Shown here: one piece after another, positions 9,064 through 17,564 of the stretch | Layout of the letters: every line of letters begins with the position of its first letter | Numbering within the stretch: the stretch's first letter is position 1 | NCBI GenBank assembly: GCA_030668825.1 | Contig: DAOVET010000040.1 | Coordinates: 1 to 21,711, forward strand | From: Candidatus Heimdallarchaeota archaeon | GTDB taxonomy: Archaea; Asgardarchaeota; Heimdallarchaeia; Heimdallarchaeales; Heimdallarchaeaceae | DNA length: 21,711 nucleotides | Direction: 5' to 3' | The notes under the pieces: generated by a model | Seen by the model: only the letters and a program-made list of their open reading frames with translations | Databases searched by the model: none | Told to the model about the DNA's origin: nothing | Position numbers and translations under genes: made by a program

Positions 9064-10278
9064 TTATTCTTTCTTATAAGCGATTTCTCCATCTATTAAT
9101 ACGAGTATATTTTCTGCAAAGAAATTCTCCAAAGGATGATCAGACCAAATAACTAAATCTGCATCTTTTCCAATATCAAGACTTCCTAAACGATCACTTA
9201 TTCCAATCATTTCTGCTGCATTAATTGTAATGGCTTTTAATGCTTCATTAACAGGAAGTCCTTCCTTAATAGCCATGCAAGGGAGTATCTGGAAATGCTT
9301 AAGGCGAGTAAAGGAATCACTTTGGATTGAGATTTTGACACCAGCTTTCCACAATTTAGCCGGAGTTTCAAAACTAATATTACGAAGTTCAACTTTTTCA
9401 AAACCGACAAGAGAAGGTCCTACAGAAACAGGAACACCTTTCTTTGCAATATAGTCAGCAATTTTATGTCCTTCAGTAGCATGAACAAGCATGAGATCTA
9501 TATCAAATTCTTCAGCTAAACGAATGGCAGTTACTATATCGTTTGCTTGATGACAATGAAAATTCAAGGGTATTTCCTTTTTCAAAACCTTTAGGAGCAT
9601 TTCATTGTTTAAATCTCTATCTGGTTCTGAAGGTATCTTATCTAATTCCTCTTTTTTTTCTGCCTGCTTTTTCTTTAGTTTGTATTCTTCCCATTTCTTT
9701 CCGTAGTTCTGAGCATCTACAAAGGCTTTCCTGAACACAGCAGCTGTCCCCATCCTTGTTGAGGGTAGTTTCTTATCATCTCCATAAACTCTTTTTGGAT
9801 TTTCTCCTAGAGCTGCTTTCATAGAAGATGGTGTTTTAACTATCATATCATCTACTATCTTACTCTTACAGTATGTTTTGATTATAGTATCAGTTCCACC
9901 AATAACATTACCACTTCCAGGTCCTGTTTGAATTGTTGTAACTCCACCAATTCTGGCTTCTTCTAAACCAGGATCTTCAGGATTAATTGCGTCTAATGCT
10001 CTAACATGGGCTGTGTTTGGGTCTGTCATTTCATTTCCATCAAATCCTGCCCAACCAATACTACCATCAAACAAACCTTGGTGAGTATGAGTATCTATGA
10101 ATCCTGGGAAAACATGTTTTCCTTCTGCATCAATTATTTCATAGCCTTCAGGTATAGAAGTATCTCCTTCCAAAATACTCTCTATTTTACCATCTTTGAT
10201 TAAAATAGTACCCTTATCTATAATTTTTTCATCTTTATTTACAGTATAAATCTTACCATTAACAATTGCATAATTCAT
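9064..10278 (-). CDS. Metal-dependent amidohydrolase (imidazolonepropionase-like superfamily), substrate unknown
   Basis: PGFIDTHTH (HxH), GGVTT, MKAALGENPK, HCHQ, HATEG, QSD, TINAA...G...GSL..GKDADLVIW. Confidence 0.92.
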   Translation of the reverse strand: MNYAIVNGKIYTVNKDEKIIDKGTILIKDGKIESILEGDTSIPEGYEIIDAEGKHVFPGFIDTHTHQGLFDGSIGWAGFDGNEMTDPNTAHVRALDAINPEDPGLEEARIGGVTTIQTGPGSGNVIGGTDTIIKTYCKSKIVDDMIVKTPSSMKAALGENPKRVYGDDKKLPSTRMGTAAVFRKAFVDAQNYGKKWEEYKLKKKQAEKKEELDKIPSEPDRDLNNEMLLKVLKKEIPLNFHCHQANDIVTAIRLAEEFDIDLMLVHATEGHKIADYIAKKGVPVSVGPSLVGFEKVELRNISFETPAKLWKAGVKISIQSDSFTRLKHFQILPCMAIKEGLPVNEALKAITINAAEMIGISDRLGSLDIGKDADLVIWSDHPLENFFAENILVLIDGEIAYKKE

Positions 10279-10394
10279 CTTAATTTTCTTCTTTCAAAGG
10301 AATTTTTAAACTGATTCATTCGTATGTAGCTTTCCTAACCTCAAAGAGAGGAGGGTTTAAAAATTAAATTATCTGTTTACCCTCAGTGAATATT

Positions 10395-10727
10395 ATGACA
10401 ACAGATCTAACAGATAGACTGAAAGAATTTGGTAAAGAAATGAAAGATTGGGATAAAAAGAAGACAAGTGTCTCTGGAGTAACCATCGTTAAACTACCTA
10501 CAAAAGGTGATGATGCTAACTTTGGTTTAGAAATTATTCCTGCCAGAGAAGATGGAACTCCACTCAAGCGTAAAGGATTATTTGTTACATCACTTGAACA
10601 ATGGGAAGCGTTTAAAGAAATTTTTACTAATCCTAAAGCTTTTGATCTTATTCAAAGTATTAACAATTTACGAGCTCCAAGAGCAGCAACTCCTGAAGAA
10701 GCAGAAGGAGAAGTTTTCGAAGTTTAA
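10395..10727 (+). CDS. Small conserved-looking hypothetical protein, possible PC4-like ssDNA-binding fold
   Basis: Heads a co-oriented run with glmU. Beta-rich core ending KRKGLFVTSLEQWEAFKEIF, plus an acidic tail. ATG 10395 preferred over GTG 10386. Confidence 0.7.
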   Translation: MTTDLTDRLKEFGKEMKDWDKKKTSVSGVTIVKLPTKGDDANFGLEIIPAREDGTPLKRKGLFVTSLEQWEAFKEIFTNPKAFDLIQSINNLRAPRAATPEEAEGEVFEV

Positions 10728-10754
10728 CCACTTCACTAAAGGTGACAATAAAGG

Positions 10755-12056
10755 ATGAAGGTTGTTATATTAGCAGCAGGTGAAGGCATTAGATTAAAAC
10801 CTTTAACCGATTCAAATCCAAAACCATTGTTAAAGGTTTTAGGAGAACCAATCTTAAAGAGATCAATTAATGGGTTTCTTAAATTTGGAATCAATTCATT
10901 CGTAATTGTCACTCACTTTATGGAAGAAAAGATTAAGGATTATTTAGCAAAGGAATTTCCGACTGTAGAATTTACTTTTCTTCATCAGGAAGAGATCAAG
11001 GGAACAGGTAACGCATTTCTTTTAGCTAAAAGCGAAATTGAAAAGGATTTTTTCATTGGTGTTAATGGTGATTGTATATACTCTGAATCCCTTCTGAAAC
11101 AGACAGTAATTGCTGCAAGAAATGGTTTTATTTCCGTAGGAGGGAAGCATACTAAAGAAACAGAAAATTTCGGGATTATTATAGTAGATGAAAAAGAAAA
11201 ACCTATCAAGATTATTGAAAAACCAACAAAAGAGGATGTTCCAGAGGGATATGCAAACATTGGTTTGTATTCTTTAAACAAAGATATATTCGAGATACTT
11301 GAGAATCAACACAAAAACAATGAAATTTCTTCTAGAGGAGAATACGAGATTCCAGATGCTGTAAACTTCTTACTTGCTAATAAAAAGATTCCAGCTAGTT
11401 TAGTGAAACTCAATGAGGATGATTATTGGTTTGACTTAGGTCGTCCTTGGTCTCTGTTAGAAGCAAATGAATCTCTATTATCGAAAATCGATAATTTACG
11501 TGAGGGAACAATCGAAGAAAATGTGCAAATCAAAGGTAATATTATTCTCAAAAAAGGAGCTATCCTAAGAAGTGGGACTTATATCGAAGGTCCTGCTTTC
11601 TTTGATGAAGACGCAGACATTGGACCAAACTGTTACATTCGAAAATACTCTTTCTTTGGTAAAAAATCCAGAATTGGAAATGGTTGTGAGGTTAAAAATT
11701 CAGTAATAGGCACCAATACACACGCCGCACATCTTTCCTACATAGGTGATTCAATCATTGAAGATAATTGCAATTTAGGAGCAGGAACTCTTACAGCAAA
11801 TTTACGCATAGATAAAAAATCCATTCCTGTAACTGTAAAAGGAAAGAAAGAGGATAGCGGAAGGAGGAAATTAGGCGTAATAATTGGCGAGGGAGTGGAA
11901 ACAGGTATTGGGGCTTTACTAATGCCTGGAGTAAAAATTGGGAGTAACTCATGGATTGGTGCAGGAACAATAGTAAAGGAGGATGTTCCTCCAGATTCAA
12001 TTTATTTTGGTACTCAAAATTATACTGTAAAAAGGAAAAGAAAAGATGCAGATTAA
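10755..12056 (+). CDS. glmU: Bifunctional sugar-1-phosphate nucleotidyltransferase/acetyltransferase (archaeal GlmU type)
   Basis: ILAAGEGIRLKPLT...PKPL, GTG, NGD, EKP, RGEYEI, WFDLGRPW, followed by hexapeptide repeats (IGPNCYIR, HLSYIGDS, NLGAGT). GGTGA RBS. Confidence 0.92.
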   Translation: MKVVILAAGEGIRLKPLTDSNPKPLLKVLGEPILKRSINGFLKFGINSFVIVTHFMEEKIKDYLAKEFPTVEFTFLHQEEIKGTGNAFLLAKSEIEKDFFIGVNGDCIYSESLLKQTVIAARNGFISVGGKHTKETENFGIIIVDEKEKPIKIIEKPTKEDVPEGYANIGLYSLNKDIFEILENQHKNNEISSRGEYEIPDAVNFLLANKKIPASLVKLNEDDYWFDLGRPWSLLEANESLLSKIDNLREGTIEENVQIKGNIILKKGAILRSGTYIEGPAFFDEDADIGPNCYIRKYSFFGKKSRIGNGCEVKNSVIGTNTHAAHLSYIGDSIIEDNCNLGAGTLTANLRIDKKSIPVTVKGKKEDSGRRKLGVIIGEGVETGIGALLMPGVKIGSNSWIGAGTIVKEDVPPDSIYFGTQNYTVKRKRKDAD

Positions 12057-13659
12057 AGAACTGAACGCAATAAAGAAAAATTGGACCCATGAGAAAATCA
12101 AAATCGGTTTAATTTATCCAAACACTTATCGAGTAGCTATGACAAGTTTGGGTGTTCAGTTACTATATTTTCTATTTAACGAAAGAGATGAGATAATCTG
12201 TGAACGAATTTTCAAACCCCTTGATTATAAAATAGCCCCTTATTCTCTGGAAAGCCAAAAGAAACTAGCGGATTTTGATATTTTAGCGATCTCGTGTCAA
12301 TTTGAGCAGGATTATATCCAAGCAATTGGGCTGTTGATAAGAGGAGGAATAAATCCAGATGTTAGGCAAAGAAAAGAAGCAGATCCACTCATTATTCTTG
12401 GGGGACCATCAGTCACAGCAAATCCTTTTCCAGTCTTATTTGTGGGAGATATTTTTTTCTTAGGGGATATAGAACCAGTTAGTGAGGCATTCATATCGTC
12501 TTTAATGAATAGTAATAAAAAAGAAAGAATAGAAGCGTTAGCTTCGGTTCCAGGAATCATAGCTTATGCTCATCATTTTTCAGAAAAAGGGGAATGGATA
12601 GGAGATAATGTAAGAAGTGTTAAGCTGAAAGATATTTCTAATTCATTTTTCCCAATCAAACAAATCATACCTGAGGGTGTTAAAGGCACTAAGAATGAAC
12701 CAATTTTTGGTAAAGCATACTATCTAGAAACAGATAGAGGATGTTCTGAAAGATGCAAATTCTGTTTTGTGGGTCATTGTAGATTTCCTAGAACAGCTAG
12801 AAGTTTGGACAGTCTTATTGATATAATTGACCGAGCTGGTGAAGTAAACGATTTTGAAAAAATTGTACTTTACGGAAGCGCAATTGCTCAATCCGGCAAT
12901 CTTGATGATCTAATAGAATATATAGTGGCTAAGGGGTACGAAGTATCATGCTCATCATTTAGAGCAGATTATCTCACTGAAAAATTACTTAAGGCACTCA
13001 AAAAAGGAAAACAACGAACCATATCTCTTGCTCCTGAAACAGGGGATGAAAAACTCAGATTAGCTTTAAATAAAAGAATGAATGACGAAACCATTTTTTC
13101 AGCTCTTAAACTAGCTTGGGGTGCAGGTTTTAGGAAATTAAAATTATACATGATTTATGGGTTTCCTTGTGAAGGAGAGGAAATAAAGGTTGCAACAAAG
13201 AATTTTGTGAGTACAATTAGGGAAAGATATTTCCCTACAGGTCGAATAGGAATTTCTATGAATCAATTCATCACAAAGGCACACACTCCTTTTCAGTATG
13301 CCCCCATGATAGGTGTTAAGGAATCTAAAGAAGAACAAAAGTGGTACAAAAGCAATTTATACCAAATCAAAAATATTGATTTATCTCTTTATGCGCCTGA
13401 ATGGTCAATAATTCAAAGGGTTTTGTCCTTACAAAATCACGAGTATTATCCTGTTATTTATCAAATTGCAAAAGGAAGAAATACAGTAGGTAGCTGGAAA
13501 AAAGCTTTAAGAGAAATTGACAGTACTCTAGATAAAGAAGCTAAATGGAAATACAATGTAAATGAATCTCTTCCTTGGGAACACATAATACACACTCTAG
13601 AAAAGAAAACACTTATTTCCTCTTATAAGAAATATCTTGAGATTATGGACTGTAAATGA
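12046..13659 (+). CDS. Radical SAM protein with N-terminal B12-binding-like domain, function unknown
   Basis: RGCSERCKFC (CxxxCxxC), N-terminal YPNTYRVAMTSLG and ILGGP, SSFRAD, SLAPETG, KLYMIYGFP, KAHTPFQ. Overlaps the glmU stop. Confidence 0.9.
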   Translation: MQIKELNAIKKNWTHEKIKIGLIYPNTYRVAMTSLGVQLLYFLFNERDEIICERIFKPLDYKIAPYSLESQKKLADFDILAISCQFEQDYIQAIGLLIRGGINPDVRQRKEADPLIILGGPSVTANPFPVLFVGDIFFLGDIEPVSEAFISSLMNSNKKERIEALASVPGIIAYAHHFSEKGEWIGDNVRSVKLKDISNSFFPIKQIIPEGVKGTKNEPIFGKAYYLETDRGCSERCKFCFVGHCRFPRTARSLDSLIDIIDRAGEVNDFEKIVLYGSAIAQSGNLDDLIEYIVAKGYEVSCSSFRADYLTEKLLKALKKGKQRTISLAPETGDEKLRLALNKRMNDETIFSALKLAWGAGFRKLKLYMIYGFPCEGEEIKVATKNFVSTIRERYFPTGRIGISMNQFITKAHTPFQYAPMIGVKESKEEQKWYKSNLYQIKNIDLSLYAPEWSIIQRVLSLQNHEYYPVIYQIAKGRNTVGSWKKALREIDSTLDKEAKWKYNVNESLPWEHIIHTLEKKTLISSYKKYLEIMDCK

Positions 13660-13660
13660 A

Positions 13661-14323
13661 ATGAACTCACACTTTCCTCAAACTATTCGAGAAGCTAAGG
13701 ATTTTCAAAAAAAAATAGCAAATAAAGTTATTTTAGAAGATATGCTTTCTGAAATTACAACAATAGGAGCTTTTGATATATCTTATAAACAAGACAAAGC
13801 TTTTGCAGCTGGTATTATTATCGACAATGCAACTGAAGAAGTCCTGGAGGAAGAGGTTATTGTAAGCGAAATTCAGTTTCCATACATCCCAACCTTCTTA
13901 TTTCTACGTGAAGTTCCTTCCTTCATCTCCTTACTATCAAAAATTTCAATCAAACCTGATTTAGTATTAATTGATGGTCATGGTATTGCGCATCCAAAAA
14001 ACGCAGGCTCAGCTACAGTTTTTGGAGTATTAGCTAACATTCCTTCAATCGGTGTTGCAAAGAAACCTTTGAAATTCTTTGAATATAAATCATCTGAAGT
14101 CAAGTATCTAAAACAAGTTTTCTTAAATGAGAAATTTGTGGGATATAAATATCAGCCCAATACAAATTGGAATCCAGTTTTCATATCGCCAGGAAATTTG
14201 GTTTCAGTAGAATCCTCATTTACATTCATTCAGAATCTTTTCAAAAGTCGTTTCAAACTACCTGCACCACTACATAAAGCACACAATTTAGCTACACAAT
14301 TTAGAATTGAACATCTAACTTAG
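13661..14323 (+). CDS. nfi: Endonuclease V (deoxyinosine 3' endonuclease)
   Basis: GAFDISY, FPYIP wedge...LRE, LIDGHGIAHP, SIGVAKK, PVFISPG, LPAPLHKAH. ATG 13661 lies just after the radical SAM stop. Confidence 0.93.
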   Translation: MNSHFPQTIREAKDFQKKIANKVILEDMLSEITTIGAFDISYKQDKAFAAGIIIDNATEEVLEEEVIVSEIQFPYIPTFLFLREVPSFISLLSKISIKPDLVLIDGHGIAHPKNAGSATVFGVLANIPSIGVAKKPLKFFEYKSSEVKYLKQVFLNEKFVGYKYQPNTNWNPVFISPGNLVSVESSFTFIQNLFKSRFKLPAPLHKAHNLATQFRIEHLT

Positions 14324-14346
14324 TTGAAGGATCAACTATTCTTTTT
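14321..14346 (+). terminator. Hairpin plus T-tract at the end of the glmU-radical SAM-nfi run
   Basis: TAGTTGA-AGGA-TCAACTA perfect 7-bp stem starting at the nfi stop codon, followed by TTCTTTTT. Confidence 0.5.
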
Positions 14347-14599
14347 AATTTATATCACAGATTCAATTCCTCCCCTCAAGTTTTCATTATATCCTAATTC
14401 CTAATTGTGGCAAAAAAATAAACATGTGCAAAATTCGTATTTTGAAAGCTAACTATCATTATTGTGTTACTTATTTATGGAAAACGCCCAAAATGCCGAA
14501 ATTCATAAGTATCGATAGAAAATGAACTTTTTTTGTGTAGGAAGGAATAATATATACACAAAATTTCCTTTGTTCTATGAAAAACATTAGATAAAAATT

Positions 14600-14826
14600 G
14601 AAAAAACTTATACGGCTTGAAATTGGAATTATATACAGTTTAAAAGCATTTATGCAATTATTTAAACTTGTAGTTTATGCCTTTTGTTTTTTTGTAATTT
14701 TTCTTTGTGGAGTTAAACAAATGTTGAAACGGCTTTTAATTCAACAAATCGGTTGAACTTTACCGAATTCATTTTGAATAACTTTAAAAAGGAAACTTGT
14801 CGAATGTTGATTAACCAAGCAAGGAA
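14600..14826 (+). promoter_or_regulatory. Candidate promoter and long structured 5' leader or operator array of the wHTH gene
   Basis: GAAAAAA-CTTATAC (BRE/TATA-like, 14600-14613), followed by inverted repeats at 14634-14672, 14722-14746, 14749-14766 and 14767-14779. Confidence 0.35.
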
Positions 14827-15081
14827 ATGGTTAATGTGGCTGTAGCTCTTGAAAACCCAAATTTAAGTCAAAATCTTCTAACAGGTTTACCTCCTAGTGC
14901 TGTTACAATTTATAAGATAGTGATTGGCAAAGGGCCTATTACTAGTTGTGAAATAGTCGATTTATGCAGTTTAGCTCCAAGAACTGTTCGTCATGGACTA
15001 AAACTGTTAGTCAGAGCTGGTTTAATTCAAAAACTCCCTCACTTACTTGATATGAGATCATGTAAATTTTATGTTGATTAA
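14827..15081 (+). CDS. Small archaeal MarR-like winged-helix transcription regulator
   Basis: LPPSA..IY......GPIT..EI.....LAPRTVRHGLKLL...GLI...DMR...Y is a typical stand-alone archaeal wHTH pattern, with the MarR-type DxR wing. Confidence 0.85.
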   Translation: MVNVAVALENPNLSQNLLTGLPPSAVTIYKIVIGKGPITSCEIVDLCSLAPRTVRHGLKLLVRAGLIQKLPHLLDMRSCKFYVD

Positions 15082-15143
15082 AGCAAGAATAACTCATCTA
15101 ATTGCTTTAATCATATTTATTTTTAAAAAAGTAGAAGAGGATT

Positions 15144-17441
15144 TTATACCTCTACATCACTCGAATGGAATAAGACATCCCTATTAATTGCTGATTTAAA
15201 GAGACCTAGAAGTAACTCATTTGAAGTTCTCACAGCTATGGGTATTGAATCTGCAGTTAGGAAAGCGAATACAGCTTCGTTATTGCCATCCAAAATCCCG
15301 CAGTAGACATCTTTCTTATCATAGTGTTTCAGTTTCAATCCTGTAAACCTTTCTGAAAGTGGTCTAAGGATAGACTGATGTCTTTTGTCAAAATATGAAA
15401 CTAATGTTACTCGCTGAGCTTTTGTGTATTGCATCATTTCTTTAAGAAGATCTTCATCAACATCTGGTGTAACAAGAAGGAGTTCATAATTAGACCTCAT
15501 TGCAATGTCTGTAATACTGGCTTTGATAGCTTCTTCTCCTACAATAATAGATGTATCATGTTGTCCATCAAATGAATATGATGATGCAGCACCATCAACT
15601 TGCCTTAATTCATCTTCTCTTGTATTAACAACTTGATAGAAAGTCATTGCTTTTTCCAAAAGAGAATCCATTTGAGAATCTAATATTTCATCAACATCTT
15701 TTATTACAGCCGCAACTTGAGATACTAGAGTGTTGATTTGGATTTCTTCGCCTTCTGAAATCTGTTCTATAATCTGTTCCTTTTGTTCATCTTTATAATC
15801 CTTAAGATGCTGTTTTAGTCCAGTTAGCTGCATAGCTAATTGATTTCGTTTTTCTTCTGATTTCTGCTGAAAATGATTTAAAGAATTTTGTAGTTTTTCT
15901 TTTAATTCAAGTGCCATCTTCTCTGAATCTTGTTTTGATTTGCTTAACTCTTTAATAGTATCATTTTGAATTTTATTAATAATCTGAGTTTTTTCGTTAT
16001 CATGAGACTGAAAATCTTTTAGAACTTGTTCTTTAGTAGTATTTAGCTGATCTAGAGTGTTTTGCTTTAATTCTTCTGTTACCTCTGAACAGGAATCATA
16101 TGAAGAGGTGGCATACACTTCTGTTTGATTTTGGAGCGTTTCCAAGAGATTCTTTGGTAGCAAATCTATCTTCTCTATAATTGTATCAGTTAGTTCATTC
16201 TTCTTTGTTCGAATGGTTGTTTCTCCTGTTATCTGAAAATGGTCCAATTTAGAACGCAACGCTTCCCTAACTTCATTTAAGGACAAAACATGTTGATCTA
16301 TCAATTGCAATCCACTCTCATTCAAATCATTAGCTAAGTTTCGAACAGTATCTCTTGCATCTTGGAGAGGTGCCTCAATTTGTTTTTTTCCTTTACCCAA
16401 TTTCATCATAGTAGAGCCTTCTAGACCATTTAAAGCTTCAGCGATTTTTGAAGACAAAAAGTTTGTCTGTCTGTCGATTTGTTCAACACTTCTTCTAAGC
16501 TCTTGAGTCTGTTTAATTTGGTCAGAGAAAATGTTGTTTACTTCAGAAGAGAGTTCTTCGACTACTTTTTTCGACTCTAAGTTCCATGCACTATAAGATT
16601 CTTGCCAAATTCTATTATAATTCTCGAGGAAGGATTCTTGAATTTCAGTCACATCATTAACAAGATCTTTGAGTGCATTATCCATATCTGGAGCTAGTTT
16701 TTCTAGAAATTCTTTATGATTCTCTGTATGAGAACCTAAACCATTGTTAATAATCTGTGTTAGATTTTCAAAAGAACTTTGTATTTTTTCTTCAGTTGTT
16801 TGGACTAAAGCATCACTATTATGTTTTGCTGTATGGTGGAACTGTTTTACAAAAGCATTGAGTTCTTGCACAAAAGTTTCCAACTGTGTAGAAAACAGGA
16901 AGGGCTGATCCATCACTTGAGTCAGATACCCAGTTACTTCTTGTTCTGTTTCAGTTATGAAAGCAGAAGCTGATTTTTCAGTTTGTTCGCTATGCTCAAC
17001 ATATTGTTGAAATAGCGCTTCGACTACTTGTTTAATTAAACCACTAACTACATGAATGTCAAAAACAGAACCTTCACCAGTTAATTCTAGAGTTCCCCCA
17101 AATTTAGTTTTCTTTTCTCTATACTCTTCCTTTGCACCTTTTAATGCAGTTATTACACCATCTAAGGAGTATAATGCGTCTTTTTCTATAATTATGTATT
17201 CTTTAAGAAAGGGGAGCATAGCAAAGTACTGAGGGGTTTTTCCTGCTGTTTTCTTCAAGAAACCCAATTCTTCCAAATTCTTAACTGATTGAATGAGGGT
17301 AAGGGGATCCAAACCTGTTACTACTAGTAATTCACCTATAGTTACTTTTCCTAACCCAAGTGTAGCAGAATACACTTTTATATCAATTTCATTAAAACCT
17401 ATACGAGTTAATAGTGGGGGTAGTATATTGATTCTTGACAT
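15144..17441 (-). CDS. TrmB-like protein: N-terminal wHTH, ~540-aa helical insert, C-terminal PLD-like/TrmB effector domain
   Basis: LTRIGFNEIDIKVY...GKVTIGEL...LEELGFL...PQYFAMLP resembles the TrmB HTH. Residues ~78-622 are E/Q/K/L-rich helix. The C-terminus IIVGEEAI...I..RSNYELLLVTP...CGILDGNNEAVF resembles the TrmB/PLD-like domain. Confidence 0.75.
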   Translation of the reverse strand: MSRINILPPLLTRIGFNEIDIKVYSATLGLGKVTIGELLVVTGLDPLTLIQSVKNLEELGFLKKTAGKTPQYFAMLPFLKEYIIIEKDALYSLDGVITALKGAKEEYREKKTKFGGTLELTGEGSVFDIHVVSGLIKQVVEALFQQYVEHSEQTEKSASAFITETEQEVTGYLTQVMDQPFLFSTQLETFVQELNAFVKQFHHTAKHNSDALVQTTEEKIQSSFENLTQIINNGLGSHTENHKEFLEKLAPDMDNALKDLVNDVTEIQESFLENYNRIWQESYSAWNLESKKVVEELSSEVNNIFSDQIKQTQELRRSVEQIDRQTNFLSSKIAEALNGLEGSTMMKLGKGKKQIEAPLQDARDTVRNLANDLNESGLQLIDQHVLSLNEVREALRSKLDHFQITGETTIRTKKNELTDTIIEKIDLLPKNLLETLQNQTEVYATSSYDSCSEVTEELKQNTLDQLNTTKEQVLKDFQSHDNEKTQIINKIQNDTIKELSKSKQDSEKMALELKEKLQNSLNHFQQKSEEKRNQLAMQLTGLKQHLKDYKDEQKEQIIEQISEGEEIQINTLVSQVAAVIKDVDEILDSQMDSLLEKAMTFYQVVNTREDELRQVDGAASSYSFDGQHDTSIIVGEEAIKASITDIAMRSNYELLLVTPDVDEDLLKEMMQYTKAQRVTLVSYFDKRHQSILRPLSERFTGLKLKHYDKKDVYCGILDGNNEAVFAFLTADSIPIAVRTSNELLLGLFKSAINRDVLFHSSDVEV

Positions 17442-17564
17442 ATTATCAGCCTTTTTTTTAACTATAATAATTAGATTTGGTTTACTACATAAATTTTATT
17501 GCAGTAAAAAAATAATTTATCTTGCTTAAAAAGAATATACAAAAGGCAACCTCGTTTTTATCAC

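Noticed and set aside
14281-14304. Direct repeat ACACAATTTAG x2 near the end of nfi
   Set aside because: Only two copies, inside coding sequence and in different frames; not CRISPR-like or mobile-element-like.
14324-14826. Possible replication origin or CRISPR leader in the long AT-rich gap
   Set aside because: No recognisable ORB repeats with G-strings, no adjacent orc1/cdc6, and no repeat-spacer array or cas genes.
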